Below are positions 38,104-49,783 of a stretch of DNA of 64,000 nt, in pieces. Source of the DNA: Neovahlkampfia damariscottae. Its lineage: Eukaryota. A program made the translations under genes and the position numbers. Each line of letters starts with the position of its first letter. Position 1 is the first letter of the stretch. The DNA lies in the NCBI GenBank assembly GCA_016618085.1, contig JABLTG010000033.1, positions 1 to 64,000 on the forward strand. Direction: 5' to 3'. Under the pieces are notes generated by a model. It saw nothing but the letters and a program-made list of their open reading frames with translations, was not told the origin of the DNA and searched no databases.

Positions 38104-38471
38104 TTAAAATCCACCTGTTTGTTCAACCATAGCATCAATAACATCCTGGTCTTCCATTCCTAACTATTTTTTAAAAATTAATTTTAATTTTATTTTTTAC
38201 ATCTCCTGCTGTGTTATTTTCATTGATTCTATTTCCATCGAATGTAAAACGTACAGATCCAACTTGAAGTCCTTGTCTTTTACAGAATGCGTCCATCAAT
38301 TTTTTTAAAGGTGTTGATTTTTTAATTTTAAAAAATACTTCATTTCCGTCCTTTTTTTTATTATTTTTAATTCAAGGAAATATTTCTTACTGCGTTGACA
38401 ACTTTAACATTGATATGTTCTCCTTTTACTTCATCTCCTTCTGTTGGTGTTGGTTTTTGTTCGTCGCTCAT
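38104..38471 (-). CDS. SMT3: SUMO (2 introns); absent from the ORF track
   Basis: HINVKVV...EVFFKIKKSTPLKKLMDAFCKRQG...RF.FDG.RI...MEDQDVIDAMVEQTGGF*. Confidence 0.95.
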
Positions 38472-38617
38472 TTTTTAGAACTGCTTTATTTCTGATTGGT
38501 GAAGTTAAGTGAAATTGATTGGACATTTGAAAAAAATAATTTTGATTAAAATTACAGTTCTTCAGTGAAAAAGAAATAAGATTCATTTTGATTGAACCAA
38601 CTATTGTTTTTATTGGT

Positions 38618-39355
38618 TTATTTTAATAATTTAAGTTTTGCAATGACCCAAGTATAAAGATAATATCCTCCAGCTCCAAAGATACAAATACTCAATGAAA
38701 CAGCAATAGTGACCAAAACAACAATAATTGAAGTTGATCCAGCTGCAAAATCATTCAAATTCATCACAACAAAAACAATACCAATTATAACTTCAGCAAT
38801 TGATAAAATACTACATGAAATCAACCCGATGAAAGCAATATTACAAAAACGAAATGAATAAATAAAACGATTGATCTTTGTAAAACTTGAAGCTTTTTGA
38901 GCACTCTTTCTTGTAAGGAATTTAACGATACAATAATAAACTGAAACACCAACAAGAAGAGCAGCACCCAAAACAAAACCAATAATGAATATAATTGTAC
39001 CTATACTTCCAATTATAATATAATCAATTCCAATTTCTGTTGAAAATATTTTAATTTTTTTTTTTTTACTTCTGACATCTGATGCTTCAGTATCTGTAAC
39101 CAGTTGAAATGAGTATAACAATCCAAATATAACAGAACAAATATTTGTTATGATGGCCAAAAGTACAAATGTTCCGAGAAATAAAAAGAGTACCATGTAA
39201 CATGTACTTAATAAGAATTTCTTTTCTGTTTTGAGGTATTCTTGTTGATCATCAGTTTCTAATTTTTCATGGTATCTATCTGTATTAGTTGATGGTGATC
39301 CTTCTACTTCGACTTGCACATCCAATTTTTTGTAGTTCTCTTGCCCTTCGCTCAT
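38618..39355 (-). CDS. Four-TM membrane protein
   Basis: Four hydrophobic segments; probable in-frame short intron near 39040-39070. Confidence 0.65.
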   Translation of the reverse strand: MSEGQENYKKLDVQVEVEGSPSTNTDRYHEKLETDDQQEYLKTEKKFLLSTCYMVLFLFLGTFVLLAIITNICSVIFGLLYSFQLVTDTEASDVRSKKKKIKIFSTEIGIDYIIIGSIGTIIFIIGFVLGAALLVGVSVYYCIVKFLTRKSAQKASSFTKINRFIYSFRFCNIAFIGLISCSILSIAEVIIGIVFVVMNLNDFAAGSTSIIVVLVTIAVSLSICIFGAGGYYLYTWVIAKLKLLK

Positions 39356-39552
39356 TTTTATTGGAGTGAACTGCTGTTTGTTTTATTGGTCCATTTTTTT
39401 AAGAAGCACTTTTGATCAGTTTTCAGTTTTTCTGATGGAAAAATTAAGTTTCAGCAGATATGTTTTTCTCAAGCATATTTATTGGTTGATAAATACGCCA
39501 ATCATTTTTTATTATTTCTCCACCGCCAAAAAAAACCGTTATACACCAGCAG

Positions 39553-40500
39553 ATGATAAAACCTTCGGCAAAGAAAAAAACAACTTTAACTAATTCACCA
39601 GTACAAAAAGCAAAAAAAACAAAATCTACAACAGAGACTAGTTCACCTAAAATAACCAAACAAGTTAAAACAAAAAAAGTTCAACCTCCAAAATTTAATG
39701 AAAGCACTACCAAATTGACCAGATCAGATTCTTTTGCAAATGTACTAAAACGTAAAGGAAGTAGCTTTTTTGGTGCTCTTCCAGAAATGACAGGTCGAGC
39801 ATCACTTGGTATTTTATCACCAAGACGCAAACAAGCAACAACACCTTTCACTTCACCAACAAAAAACTCAATGACATCACCTAGAGAACCAAAAGATAAA
39901 GCAAGTTTCATTAAAAAACTTTCAAGTTTCAAAAAAGGAAAAGAAAACAATACAGTAACACCAAACAAATCTTCATCAAAAACTTCATCAAAAGAAAGTA
40001 TCAATTCAGAAGAATTTGATGATGATGAAGAATTTAAATCACCTGTAAAAGTTTTATTTTCAGCTCCAAAAGGTATGCCAAATCTTAATTTGAATAAAAT
40101 CAAATCAACTTTTGGATCAACTGAAGAAGATGATTTTGAAGATGAATTTGCAGATGAGCCAACAATCATTTCTATTGATAGTCCAAAAAATGAATGTTTA
40201 ACAGATGATGCTTTGAAAACTCCAAGAGACGAAGAAGAAGATGAAGAAGATGTAAAAAGAGAAGCAGAAATGAATGCAATCAAAAATAGTTTTAGCAGAA
40301 AAATTTCAAACTCATTTAAATACGATGATGATTCTGGAGATTCAGAAGAAGATGAAATTGATGGTGCATTGATTGATGAATTTGGATTCAATGTACCAAA
40401 AAATTTTATTGTAAAGAAAAATAAACCAAAAGCAAAAGTTCAAAAAAAACAAAACATTCTTGATAAATTAATGTCACCAAGAGGTAATAAAAATCAATAA
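39553..40500 (+). CDS. Low-complexity S/T/K- and acidic-rich hypothetical protein
   Basis: 315-aa ORF with many SP/TP sites; stop codon embedded in AATAAA. Confidence 0.7.
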   Translation: MIKPSAKKKTTLTNSPVQKAKKTKSTTETSSPKITKQVKTKKVQPPKFNESTTKLTRSDSFANVLKRKGSSFFGALPEMTGRASLGILSPRRKQATTPFTSPTKNSMTSPREPKDKASFIKKLSSFKKGKENNTVTPNKSSSKTSSKESINSEEFDDDEEFKSPVKVLFSAPKGMPNLNLNKIKSTFGSTEEDDFEDEFADEPTIISIDSPKNECLTDDALKTPRDEEEDEEDVKREAEMNAIKNSFSRKISNSFKYDDDSGDSEEDEIDGALIDEFGFNVPKNFIVKKNKPKAKVQKKQNILDKLMSPRGNKNQ

Positions 40501-40517
40501 AAATCTTAATGATGAAC

Positions 40518-42913
40518 TTATATTTTATCATAAATTTCATTTGTCACTTCTAATAACTTTTCTTGATCAATTTTTTCCACTTGAACTTTGAATGATGCCA
40601 CAACAGGTTTGTGATCTGAAATATAATAACCATTTTCACTTTTGTACAATTCAATTTTTAAATTTTCTTCATATTTTGATTTGATTAAAATTCGATCACA
40701 ATAAGCTGGTATTCTCTTCTTTTCACTGGTATCATAAATATCTGTTCCAGGATCAAATTTATAAGTTGGAGGAAATGTAATTTCACCTTCAATAAATCCT
40801 TCAAAAACATTTTTTGCCTTCATTTCAACATTTAATTGATCATATTTCAATAAATAACCATACTCTTTTTTCGCTATTCTTGAAAGGGCAACATCGTATT
40901 CTAAATCAACTCGATAATTCAAATCACCATAAAAGAAAACAAAATCATGAAATAAAGGAGCATAAAGATCATTTTCAAACAATGAATCTTTTACAATATC
41001 ATGATAATTTGAGTTTCTTTCTTTGATGTTTTTTTGATGAGCTGCTAGATGAGCACAAATGAAGCAAAATGAAGATTCATGTAAATTAAATCTGATTGCA
41101 ATTCCACCTTTATTTCCGAATCCTAATTGCCCAATACCCAATTTACTTACAAAGATAGTACTTAAACTTGGGAATAATTCTTTTCTGATGTATATACAAT
41201 GATACAAGCCTACTAATTGATGTGAACTAATTTTGACATATTTGATACCAATGGAGGACGCCAGAATAATATCCCATGCCGCTGATACTTCTGATTGTGA
41301 TTTAATTAATGTAACTGCTGACATATCAATTTCTTGAAGTCCAATTGCATAAATATCAGCGTCAATTTGATCCTTTTGTAACCATTTTGATAAAGAATTT
41401 GCTTCTATCTCTTCAGCTACATTCCATGTTCCAACGATAACTTTCAATTCAATCTTATCTGTATAATCGTTTTTTCTGGATTTCAAAATTCCTTGAGCGA
41501 GTGGAGATGAAAAATTAGATGTGTTGAAACCTAAACTGGCAGATTTGAAATTGATATTATCACTATCCGACCCAGAGCCTCTTTTATTGAATGTATATGA
41601 GCTATGTGAATCTAAAATACGTTCTGTAACATCAGATTCACTTTCTGGCATTGATTGAAATAATGATGATCTCTTCTTTGAAAAACTTTTTTCTTGAGAA
41701 ACTTTTTTAGCTAAATTAGAACCAACAGTCATAAAACCCATATTCGTTGAAATATCAACAGATTTGCTCTTGATAAATTTTGATGAGTCTTGCATTTTCT
41801 CCACGTTTGATTTGCCAAATTTTCCTGAAATGGTTGTTAATGCTCCTCCAATATGCAGACCAATTTCATCTTCATCAAAATCATCAATCTTATCATCATA
41901 ATATTCCATTAATGGATGAATGAGTTTCTTGGCAGTGACAAATTGAATTTGAAAAAAAGTTGATTGTAAATCATCTCTAAATGTTGCTTTAGGACGAATA
42001 GGTTTTAAAACTCTGAGTTTTCTATATAATTCAGCCAACAAAATGGCAAAATAATTTGAAAGATTAAATTGTTCAGTGAACCAATTAACAGCAACATTTC
42101 CTGGTAAAAAAATTAAAACAATAAAAAGCAAACCTGAAAATGTTTTGGTGTATGTCAAATCACCTTCAATGATTTCTGATGTTTCTATGGATGCTTCAAA
42201 CGCTTCAATCATTTTTTCAATTCTTAAAGGTGAATTAGCCAACAATGAAAGTCTTTGCATTGTTGAAAAGTTTTTGAATAATAAATTCTTGTTGAATGGT
42301 GAGTACTCCAGTTTGTTTAAAAGCTCAGGTTGTTTGATATAGTACAAATTCAAATTTGAATCTGTAAAATCTTTGTGGTATTCTGAAACTGAAAGAATAA
42401 ACTTCAACTGCAATAACACTAAAAGAGAATAAAATTAGAAACCAAAAATTTTTTTTTACGTTCACCAAATAATTTTCCAAGGTCTCTATTGATTTTTGTT
42501 GTTCCACGTTTTGGAAATTCTTCAATTTGAATGATACAATCAATAAATTCCTGTGAAGAAAAGCAATATTTGTATATTTTTGAGTGAATGGTCTTTTCAG
42601 AAAAAACAATAGCTTTTTCATTTTTGTTTTTCAAAAACAGATTAACTAAAATTTCTGAAAAATTCTCCAAGGTTAAATTTAATGGAAAAAGTCTTGAAAG
42701 AATTTCTGGGTCTTCCATTATTTGGTCAGTGTCTGTGATTTCAAGACATGAATCTAAACTATTTCGTTTGTTCAGAACTGAAGGGCTAGGTAAAGTGAAT
42801 TCTTCTTCTTCTTCAGGTAATAATGATTGTGATCTTTTTACTTCGTTCAATTGCATCTGTAGGTTTGCAGATTTTCGCTTCACCAGAGCATCTTTCAACT
42901 TTTTTAAACTCAT
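40518..42913 (-). CDS. Inositol polyphosphate 5-phosphatase with two DEP-like domains
   Basis: GTWNV, IGLQEI, GNKGG, HLAAH, FYGDLNYR, PPTYKFD, PAYCDRIL, SDHKPV; DEP-like Y.YCFS..E.ID and Y..TFSG..AV.W. Confidence 0.9.
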
Positions 42914-43363
42914 CGTCAATCCAAGTAATGTATGTGATTGGACAAAAAAAAATAACGGTAAAAAAAAATGGAAACATTTTTTTTTTGAATTTGAAATCTT
43001 TGGATAACACGTAATTTAAGTGTTTCTATTTTCCATTCATCACAAAAAATTAAGGAGTTTCCGAAAATAAAAAATTATTTTTTCCAAAAAGGAAATTCTA
43101 TTATCCATTCTTTCTCTTTCCTTCTGTTTCAAAATTCTGAAATTTTCATCCAAATTTCTCCTTCTCCAAAATTTTGACCGTCTCCAAAACAATCACAACA
43201 ATCAACTTAAAAATAATGAAAAAGAGTTCTTTTTTTTACCATTTAAAAAAACTTCAACGCCTAAAATGCAATTGTGAATGTACTTTCGTCAAGAAACGGA
43301 CATAAAAAAAAAAATGTGAAAAAAAAGTTCAAATACTCGTTTTTTATCCAATGAAACCACTCC

Positions 43364-44627
43364 ATGAAAATACTGATGAATCAACACCCAAACTCAATTT
43401 GCGGTTTGTCCAAAATACTTTACTGAACATTCAGAACATTGTGAAGAAAGACCAGAAGAACTACTTTGTACAGATTGTGATGACAAATTTTGCTCTGAAT
43501 GTTTTGTCCAACAACATTCATCAAAGAAAAAGCAAAACCATCATCAAGTAGAACTCAATGAAAAATATTTTTCAATGTTTTGTGAGTTTCATCCAACAGA
43601 AAAGATAGAATTCTATTGTTTTGACCATAAAAATAAATTATGCAAAATTTGTTATGAAAAAGAACATAAAACACATTTCAGTGAACCTATAGATAAAATA
43701 ATTAAGAAATTTCAACAAGAATCTCAAATTTTATCTTATTCAAAGGAAGAAATTCAAAACCAAAAAAAGAAATTTTTGAATTTTTATAATGAAGAACAAA
43801 AAGAAGTTTATCAAAAATTCAACAAAACAAAAGATAAAATGCAATTAAAATTTGATATTTTCAAATCCAAAAAAGAGAAAATCGAAAAAGATTTTTCAGA
43901 GTATCATGAAATCATGAACAAAATTGAATCTGGAAATGAATTGAGTTTTGATGAAATTTTAGAAATCAAATCATGTTTAAATCTACAATGTTGGGAATTA
44001 CCAACTATTCAACATATTGGAATTTCATGTGATCAATGTAAAACAAAGAACTTCACAGGAATTAGATGGAAATGTAATGAATGCCCAAATTTTGATTTAT
44101 GTGATATTTGCATCATTTTAAAAGGAATTCATCCAAAACATGGATTTACTAAAATTGAAAAACCTGTTGAAGTGGATCCAAAAATTCATTCTGGAGTTCA
44201 ATGTAACAAATGTGGAATGAAGAATTTCATTGGCTATAGATATTTTTGTAGAACTTGTAAAAATGTGAATTTATGCAATTCATGTTTTGAAGATAAACTA
44301 TATCTCCGAGGAAATCATGATTCTCACATTTTCATTCGAATTTCTGATGCAAATTTACCTAAACATTTGAAAGTAATTTGTGGTCATTGTCAATTGAAAG
44401 ATTTTAATGGAAAGAAATACACATGTAAACAATGTGAAGATTATGATTTATGTGAGTATTGTTTTGAAAATAGATCAACATTTCATCAAAAAAATCATAT
44501 TTTTAAAGTTTATTCTTATCCACAAACTGAAGAAGAAATGTTGAAAAGTAAAAAGAGAAAAGAAATGCATACACAAAGTAAACCACCTCAAAAAAAGAGT
44601 GATGATCAATTTTGTGCGCAACAATAA
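43364..44627 (+). CDS. B-box x2, coiled coil and three ZZ zinc fingers, ending in CAAX (CAQQ); 1 intron
   Basis: C..H..E....C..H...LC..C...H; three H....C..C....F.G.R..C..C...DLC..C repeats. Confidence 0.85.
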
Positions 44628-44765
44628 AAATTTCTTTCAAAAAAAGAAATTTTTAATATATCAAACATACTGATCCTAATGAATTAAAAAATTGGAAATC
44701 CTCAAGTTTTAAATCTCAGAAAAAATCTGTCTCATCCTCCAATCATTTGGTCTGATTTTTTTAGT

Positions 44766-46476
44766 ATGCACAAGTTCAATGATGAATATCTCACATTTGA
44801 GTTGGTCATTCAGGCTTTAAACCTTGAACCAAAGAAAATACATGCTATTTATCAATTTGGAAGTCGTGTTTATCAGTCACATACAAAAAACTCCGATTAT
44901 GATTTATTCATTGTTTATGGAACAGAATTCATTGATGTAGTTAAAGAAAATGAAAAAATGAAAATTGGTGGACATATTTCCGATATTAAAACATTTAAAA
45001 ATACAATAATTAACCATAATGCAGTTTCAATATCCGTCCTATGGCTGGATGAAAAGTATGTCGTTTTTGAAAATGAACATATGGCTCGTTTTAGAAAGAA
45101 TTTTATGATAGATTTAAAGAAACTTGAAAGAGCATATCTCAGAGAAGAACATATATGCTTGTTGAAATCAAGAAGGCTCTACAAGTTGGACAAAAAGAAG
45201 TCTTTAAAAAATTTAGTTCATGGTGTCAGATATTTATTGTTTGGAATTCAAGCAGCTAAAACAGGCAAAATTTATGATTTTACTGTCGGAAATAAATATT
45301 ATGAGTGGATGTTAACATTAGATTATGAAACATGGGATGAATATCACAAGAAGTTTGAAACCATTTATGAAAAACTGCATGAAGAATTGAAAGAATTTGT
45401 TTTCAAAGAAAAATCAAAATATTATGAAAAATATAATGGAAATTCAAAAGAAAAATTGGAATTAATTCATTTCTTAAAAGAAAATGAGTTAAAAATGTTG
45501 ACAAAAATTTTTTCAACACAAATTGTTTTTTTGGATGATGGACTTATTTCTTTCATTGCTGATCCAATATTTTCGAATATGGAATGTACAATAAATCAAG
45601 AATCTCAGTCAAAAGTAATTTTAGATCAGGTTTTTTTTTTGATATTTTAATGAATTCAAGGATTTTCGATTGGTCACAAAATCTTTTAGTTTTTCGTCTA
45701 TTTTGGAAAACTTTGAATTTAAAAGAGCAATAAAGAAACCAAAGAAAGAGTATCTGTTATTCTTTAGACACAAAAAATTCCAAGTTCATCCAAAAGAAGA
45801 ATCTGATCAATTTTGGAAATTGCTTGATGAATCAAAATTCAAAGATATAATTGATATCAAAAAATCGTATATATTTATAATTGATGAACATGGATCATTG
45901 AAATTAATTGGTATAATTGATCTTCATAATGCAGAAAACGTTGAAATTTCAGAAGAATTTTGTGAAGATGTTTTTTCCAACTTTTCATCTATTGAAGAAA
46001 TAAAAAAGGATATGAAAGTATATGACCCCTTTTACAATGGATATATAATAATAGATGAATGGGAAAATCATTATCATTTAGAATATCCTTTAGAAATTTT
46101 CTCAAGAAAAATCGATGTGTTCCAAGGTGATTCTGATTCCAATGTTGAAAATATTTTGGAAATAATCAGATTTCATTCCAATCATGAGGAAGTATTGAAG
46201 TTTTTTGAAGGTAAAGAAATTTATGAAACCGTCAAGTTGATGATGAAAGTTTATCAACACCACTGTGAAATAGTGAATTCGGAATTTGAAAAATTGAAGA
46301 ATTTGAAAACTTCAAAAGAATTTTCTCTGTCTGCTTCAAAAACTCAATATAAACATGAATTGTTAGGATTGTACAATACAAATTCTCCATCATTGCAAGA
46401 GTATTGGGAAAAACTGAAAATTCAAAAATTGAAGACTCCTTTCAAGAGAGAGATGAAACTTTTTTCGATGGAATGA
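44766..46476 (+). CDS. Pol-beta-superfamily nucleotidyltransferase plus helical domain plus degenerate Rnl1-like RNA ligase domain (1 intron)
   Basis: YQFGSRVY.......SDYDLFIV; KSLKNLVHGVRYLLFGIQ; C-terminal half follows the Rnl1-like motif order. Confidence 0.75.
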
Positions 46477-46717
46477 CGAAATTGAATTGAGAATTCTCAT
46501 GAGAATTAATTGGTTGGCAAATTTAGGAGTATTTATAATAGTTCAATTTTTTTTTTGTTTTCATTCTTCTCTTTTGGTTCTATTTTTCATTTTATTTGAA
46601 AGTCCGGAAAAACTGATTTCGGATGAACGAATCAATGGATAAGTTAAAAATAAACCATCGTCCAACGAAACTATAAATAAAGAGCCAATCATTCTCCACC
46701 TCAACTCAAAGTTTTTC

Positions 46718-47617
46718 ATGATGATTTCTCAACGTCTCTGCTGCTTAGTACTTATGGTGGTATTATCAACTGCTTACTCCGAAGAATGGTATGTTTCAAA
46801 ACAAAGAGGCGATGACAACAATGATGGAACAAAAGAACATCCATTTTCAACAATTAACAGAGCATATAGAAAATCCACAAATGGTGATACCATTTTCATT
46901 GAACCTGCTGTTTACAGTGAAGTAAATACTATTACCAAATCGATTAAAATTAAAGGTCTTGGAGGAAGACCATTAGTGTCAGGAAGTTTCATTTTTAGAG
47001 ATAATGTTAACGTTGAATTATCAGATTTAAACATGGAAAACACAGTGCAACATTTAATCTCAGGCCAAAGAATTGAAAGCATCACAATCAACAATGTAAA
47101 CCTCGGTCCAAAATATTTAAAACAAGGAAATGCTGTTCATTTCCACTTTACAAAAATGGTCGAATTATCAAATGTTAAAATCATTGAAGCTGATGTTGGT
47201 ATCAATCTTGGTGATTCAAACTTCAAATTCAAAAACATTCATGTATCAAAAAGCAAGATTGGTATTTCCATAAATCAAAGGTGCAAAGGAACAATGGAAG
47301 ATTCAACTATTACTTTATGTCAAGGAAACACAAACCTTATTGGTGCAGGTATTTATACTGGTGGTGACTTCACTTTGAAAAATGTAGACATCATCAACAA
47401 CCACGCTTCTACATTTAGAAAAACAGGAGGTGGTTTTTACTGTTTTGGCGGTGGTTTAAATATTTATGGAGGAAAAGTGATCGGAAACAAAGCTGTTTAT
47501 GGAGCTGCTGGGGAATGTACTCCACAATGTTCATTTTTTACTTCTGGTACTGAATTCAAAGATAATGAAAACGAATACCCTTCAAAATGTCGTGGAATTC
47601 CTTCATCAAAGAAATAA
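46718..47617 (+). CDS. Secreted right-handed beta-helix protein (DUF1565-like N-terminus)
   Basis: Signal peptide; YVS...GDD.N.GT..HPF.TI..A; GDTI.I.P..Y; GAGIY / GGG.Y / GN.A..G repeats. Confidence 0.85.
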   Translation: MMISQRLCCLVLMVVLSTAYSEEWYVSKQRGDDNNDGTKEHPFSTINRAYRKSTNGDTIFIEPAVYSEVNTITKSIKIKGLGGRPLVSGSFIFRDNVNVELSDLNMENTVQHLISGQRIESITINNVNLGPKYLKQGNAVHFHFTKMVELSNVKIIEADVGINLGDSNFKFKNIHVSKSKIGISINQRCKGTMEDSTITLCQGNTNLIGAGIYTGGDFTLKNVDIINNHASTFRKTGGGFYCFGGGLNIYGGKVIGNKAVYGAAGECTPQCSFFTSGTEFKDNENEYPSKCRGIPSSKK

Positions 47618-47662
47618 ACAATTGAATTTTATGAAAAGCCTCTTTTTTTCATTTCTACAAAA

Positions 47663-48075
47663 ACAAGTGATGACTACCTCAGCTTTGATTTGGTGGCTGA
47701 AGCATTAAATTTGATACCTGATAAGCTATATGCTATTTATCAATTTGGAAGTCGTGTTTATGAATCAAATTCAAAAAATTCCGATTATGATTTATTTGTG
47801 GTTTATGGCCGGTGAAGAATATCTTGATTTATTGATTGAGAATCAAAAATTCAACATTGGAGCACATTTGAACGATATAAAAACTTTCAAAAAATTATGA
47901 AAACTCATAACGCATGTATTGTTCAAGTACTTTTTTTACCAGAGAAATTTGTTCTTTTTGAAAACAAAAAAATCAAAACTTTCAGAAAGAATTTCATGAT
48001 TTCTATGAAGAAATTGGAAAGAGGATTCTTAAGAGTTGAAAGTATTTGCATCTTGAAATCAAAAAGAGAATTCAA
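47663..48075 (+). pseudogene. Truncated, frameshifted paralog of the 44766 nucleotidyltransferase
   Basis: DDYLSFDLVAEALNL...YQFGSRVYES..KNSDYDLFVVY, with frameshifts at ~47808 and ~47895; similarity stops after CILKSKR. Confidence 0.85.
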
Positions 48076-48555
48076 CACATCAATTTTTCTTTTTGATACA
48101 ATTTCTTCGGTATTCCTTCTTTTTATCTCGTGATTTTCGATAATGTTCTTTATCATACAACTTTTTTTCAAGTACTTTTGTTCTTTGGCTTTTTTCTTTT
48201 GGCATCTCTTCTTAAACCTCGTGGAACAATTTCAAAACCTTAGAATAAATTTTTTCAGCAATGGCTTCAAAAACAAAGATATGAATTGAATTAATGGCAT
48301 TATACAACTGGAATCACAAAAATTTGCAGGAATATTGGTAGCTTATTCAGATACAAAAATTGAAATCATATTTCAAAAAAAGAATGAAAAATATTGCAAT
48401 AAAACCAAGAAAATTAACAACAATTGAAAGATTTTAAGTAAATTTTAACTTTAATTTTTTCCCTCAGTTTTTCTTTTTTTGATTGGATGAAAGTTTTGGA
48501 AAGGTTTAAAATATCTGATTGGTCTCTTTTGTTCGTAACAAAAAAGTTGGAAATA

Positions 48556-49679
48556 ATGAACATGTCAACAAAACCAATTTTATTCCTTTTAGTTCTTGCT
48601 TTCGCTTTTACTGCATTTGCTGAAGAAAAAAGAAGAATCCAAATTTTACCAAGTGTAAAAAATCAAATGGATTTTCCAAAAACTATTTTAGAAGTCTCTC
48701 AAGAATATATTGACCAACACCTCGTAGGAAGTGAACACTTTACATTTGTTGATGTTACTGATGAAAAAGATGTCGACGTTACAGCTATTGCTGAACCTGA
48801 TTATCCAGCAGTGCACAAAGAAAAAATTGTTAAACCAATTTTAAAGAAAGCTTCAGAAAAATCAACTTCAAAATTCATGAGTAAATTGACTTCTTTCAAT
48901 ACAAGAAGATCCAGCCATGCTGATTCTCAAAAACCAGTTTTGATGCTCAAAGAACAACTTGAAAAAGTACTCAAAAAACTTCCAAAAGAAAGACAAGACA
49001 GATTCAAAATTGAATTAATTCCTATCACGTAAAACTTATATTGACTCATTTCTTTCTTAGACGTTATGTTGCTAACTCAATTATTGTAACTTTCAAAGGT
49101 ACAGGTTCAGATTCTGATAATCATGTTTTATTTGGTGCTCATCAAGATGATGTTGGACATCCAAATGCAGGAGCTGATGATGATGGAAGTGGTACAACAG
49201 CTGTTTTTGAAAGTTTCAAAATTATTGCAAAATCTTCATACACTCCTTCAAAATCATTAGTTTGGTTATTTTACACAGCTGAAGAATCTGGTCTTGTTGC
49301 TTCTTATCAAATTGCAAGAGATTGGAAATCAAGAAATGTTAAAGTTTACGGACATTTAAATTATGATATGGTTGGAAATCATAAAAAAGGAACACCACTC
49401 CAAGGACGTAGATTAACTTTAAATACAACTCCAAAAATCACAAAACACATCTATACACTTTCACAAGCATACACAAAATTAGATATTGATGAATGGCGTT
49501 TTAATGGTGGTTCAGATCATATCCCATGGTACAGAGCTGGATATCCATCAGCATGTGTTTCAGAAAGACACTTTTCACCACATTACCATCGTGCAACTGA
49601 TAAAATAGAACATGTTGATTTTGAATTAATTACTGAATTCGCAAGATTAGGTGCTGCTTATATGATTGAACTTTCATAA
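48556..49679 (+). CDS. Secreted M28 leucyl aminopeptidase (1 intron)
   Basis: Signal peptide; GAHQD, GADDDGSG, AEESGL, NYDM, SDH, PHYH...D. Confidence 0.92.
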
Positions 49680-49783
49680 AATATATATTTTTTTTTTAAT
49701 ACCAATCTAACAATTATAATAACAACATTTCATCTTGAAGATCCAACCAATAGAAATTTTGCGCTTAACAAAGAAAAACAAAA

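Noticed and set aside
39681..40391. 236-aa antisense ORF, and similar antisense ORFs inside ppsA, ATG2 and others
   Set aside because: Shadow frames of real genes, caused by codon bias.
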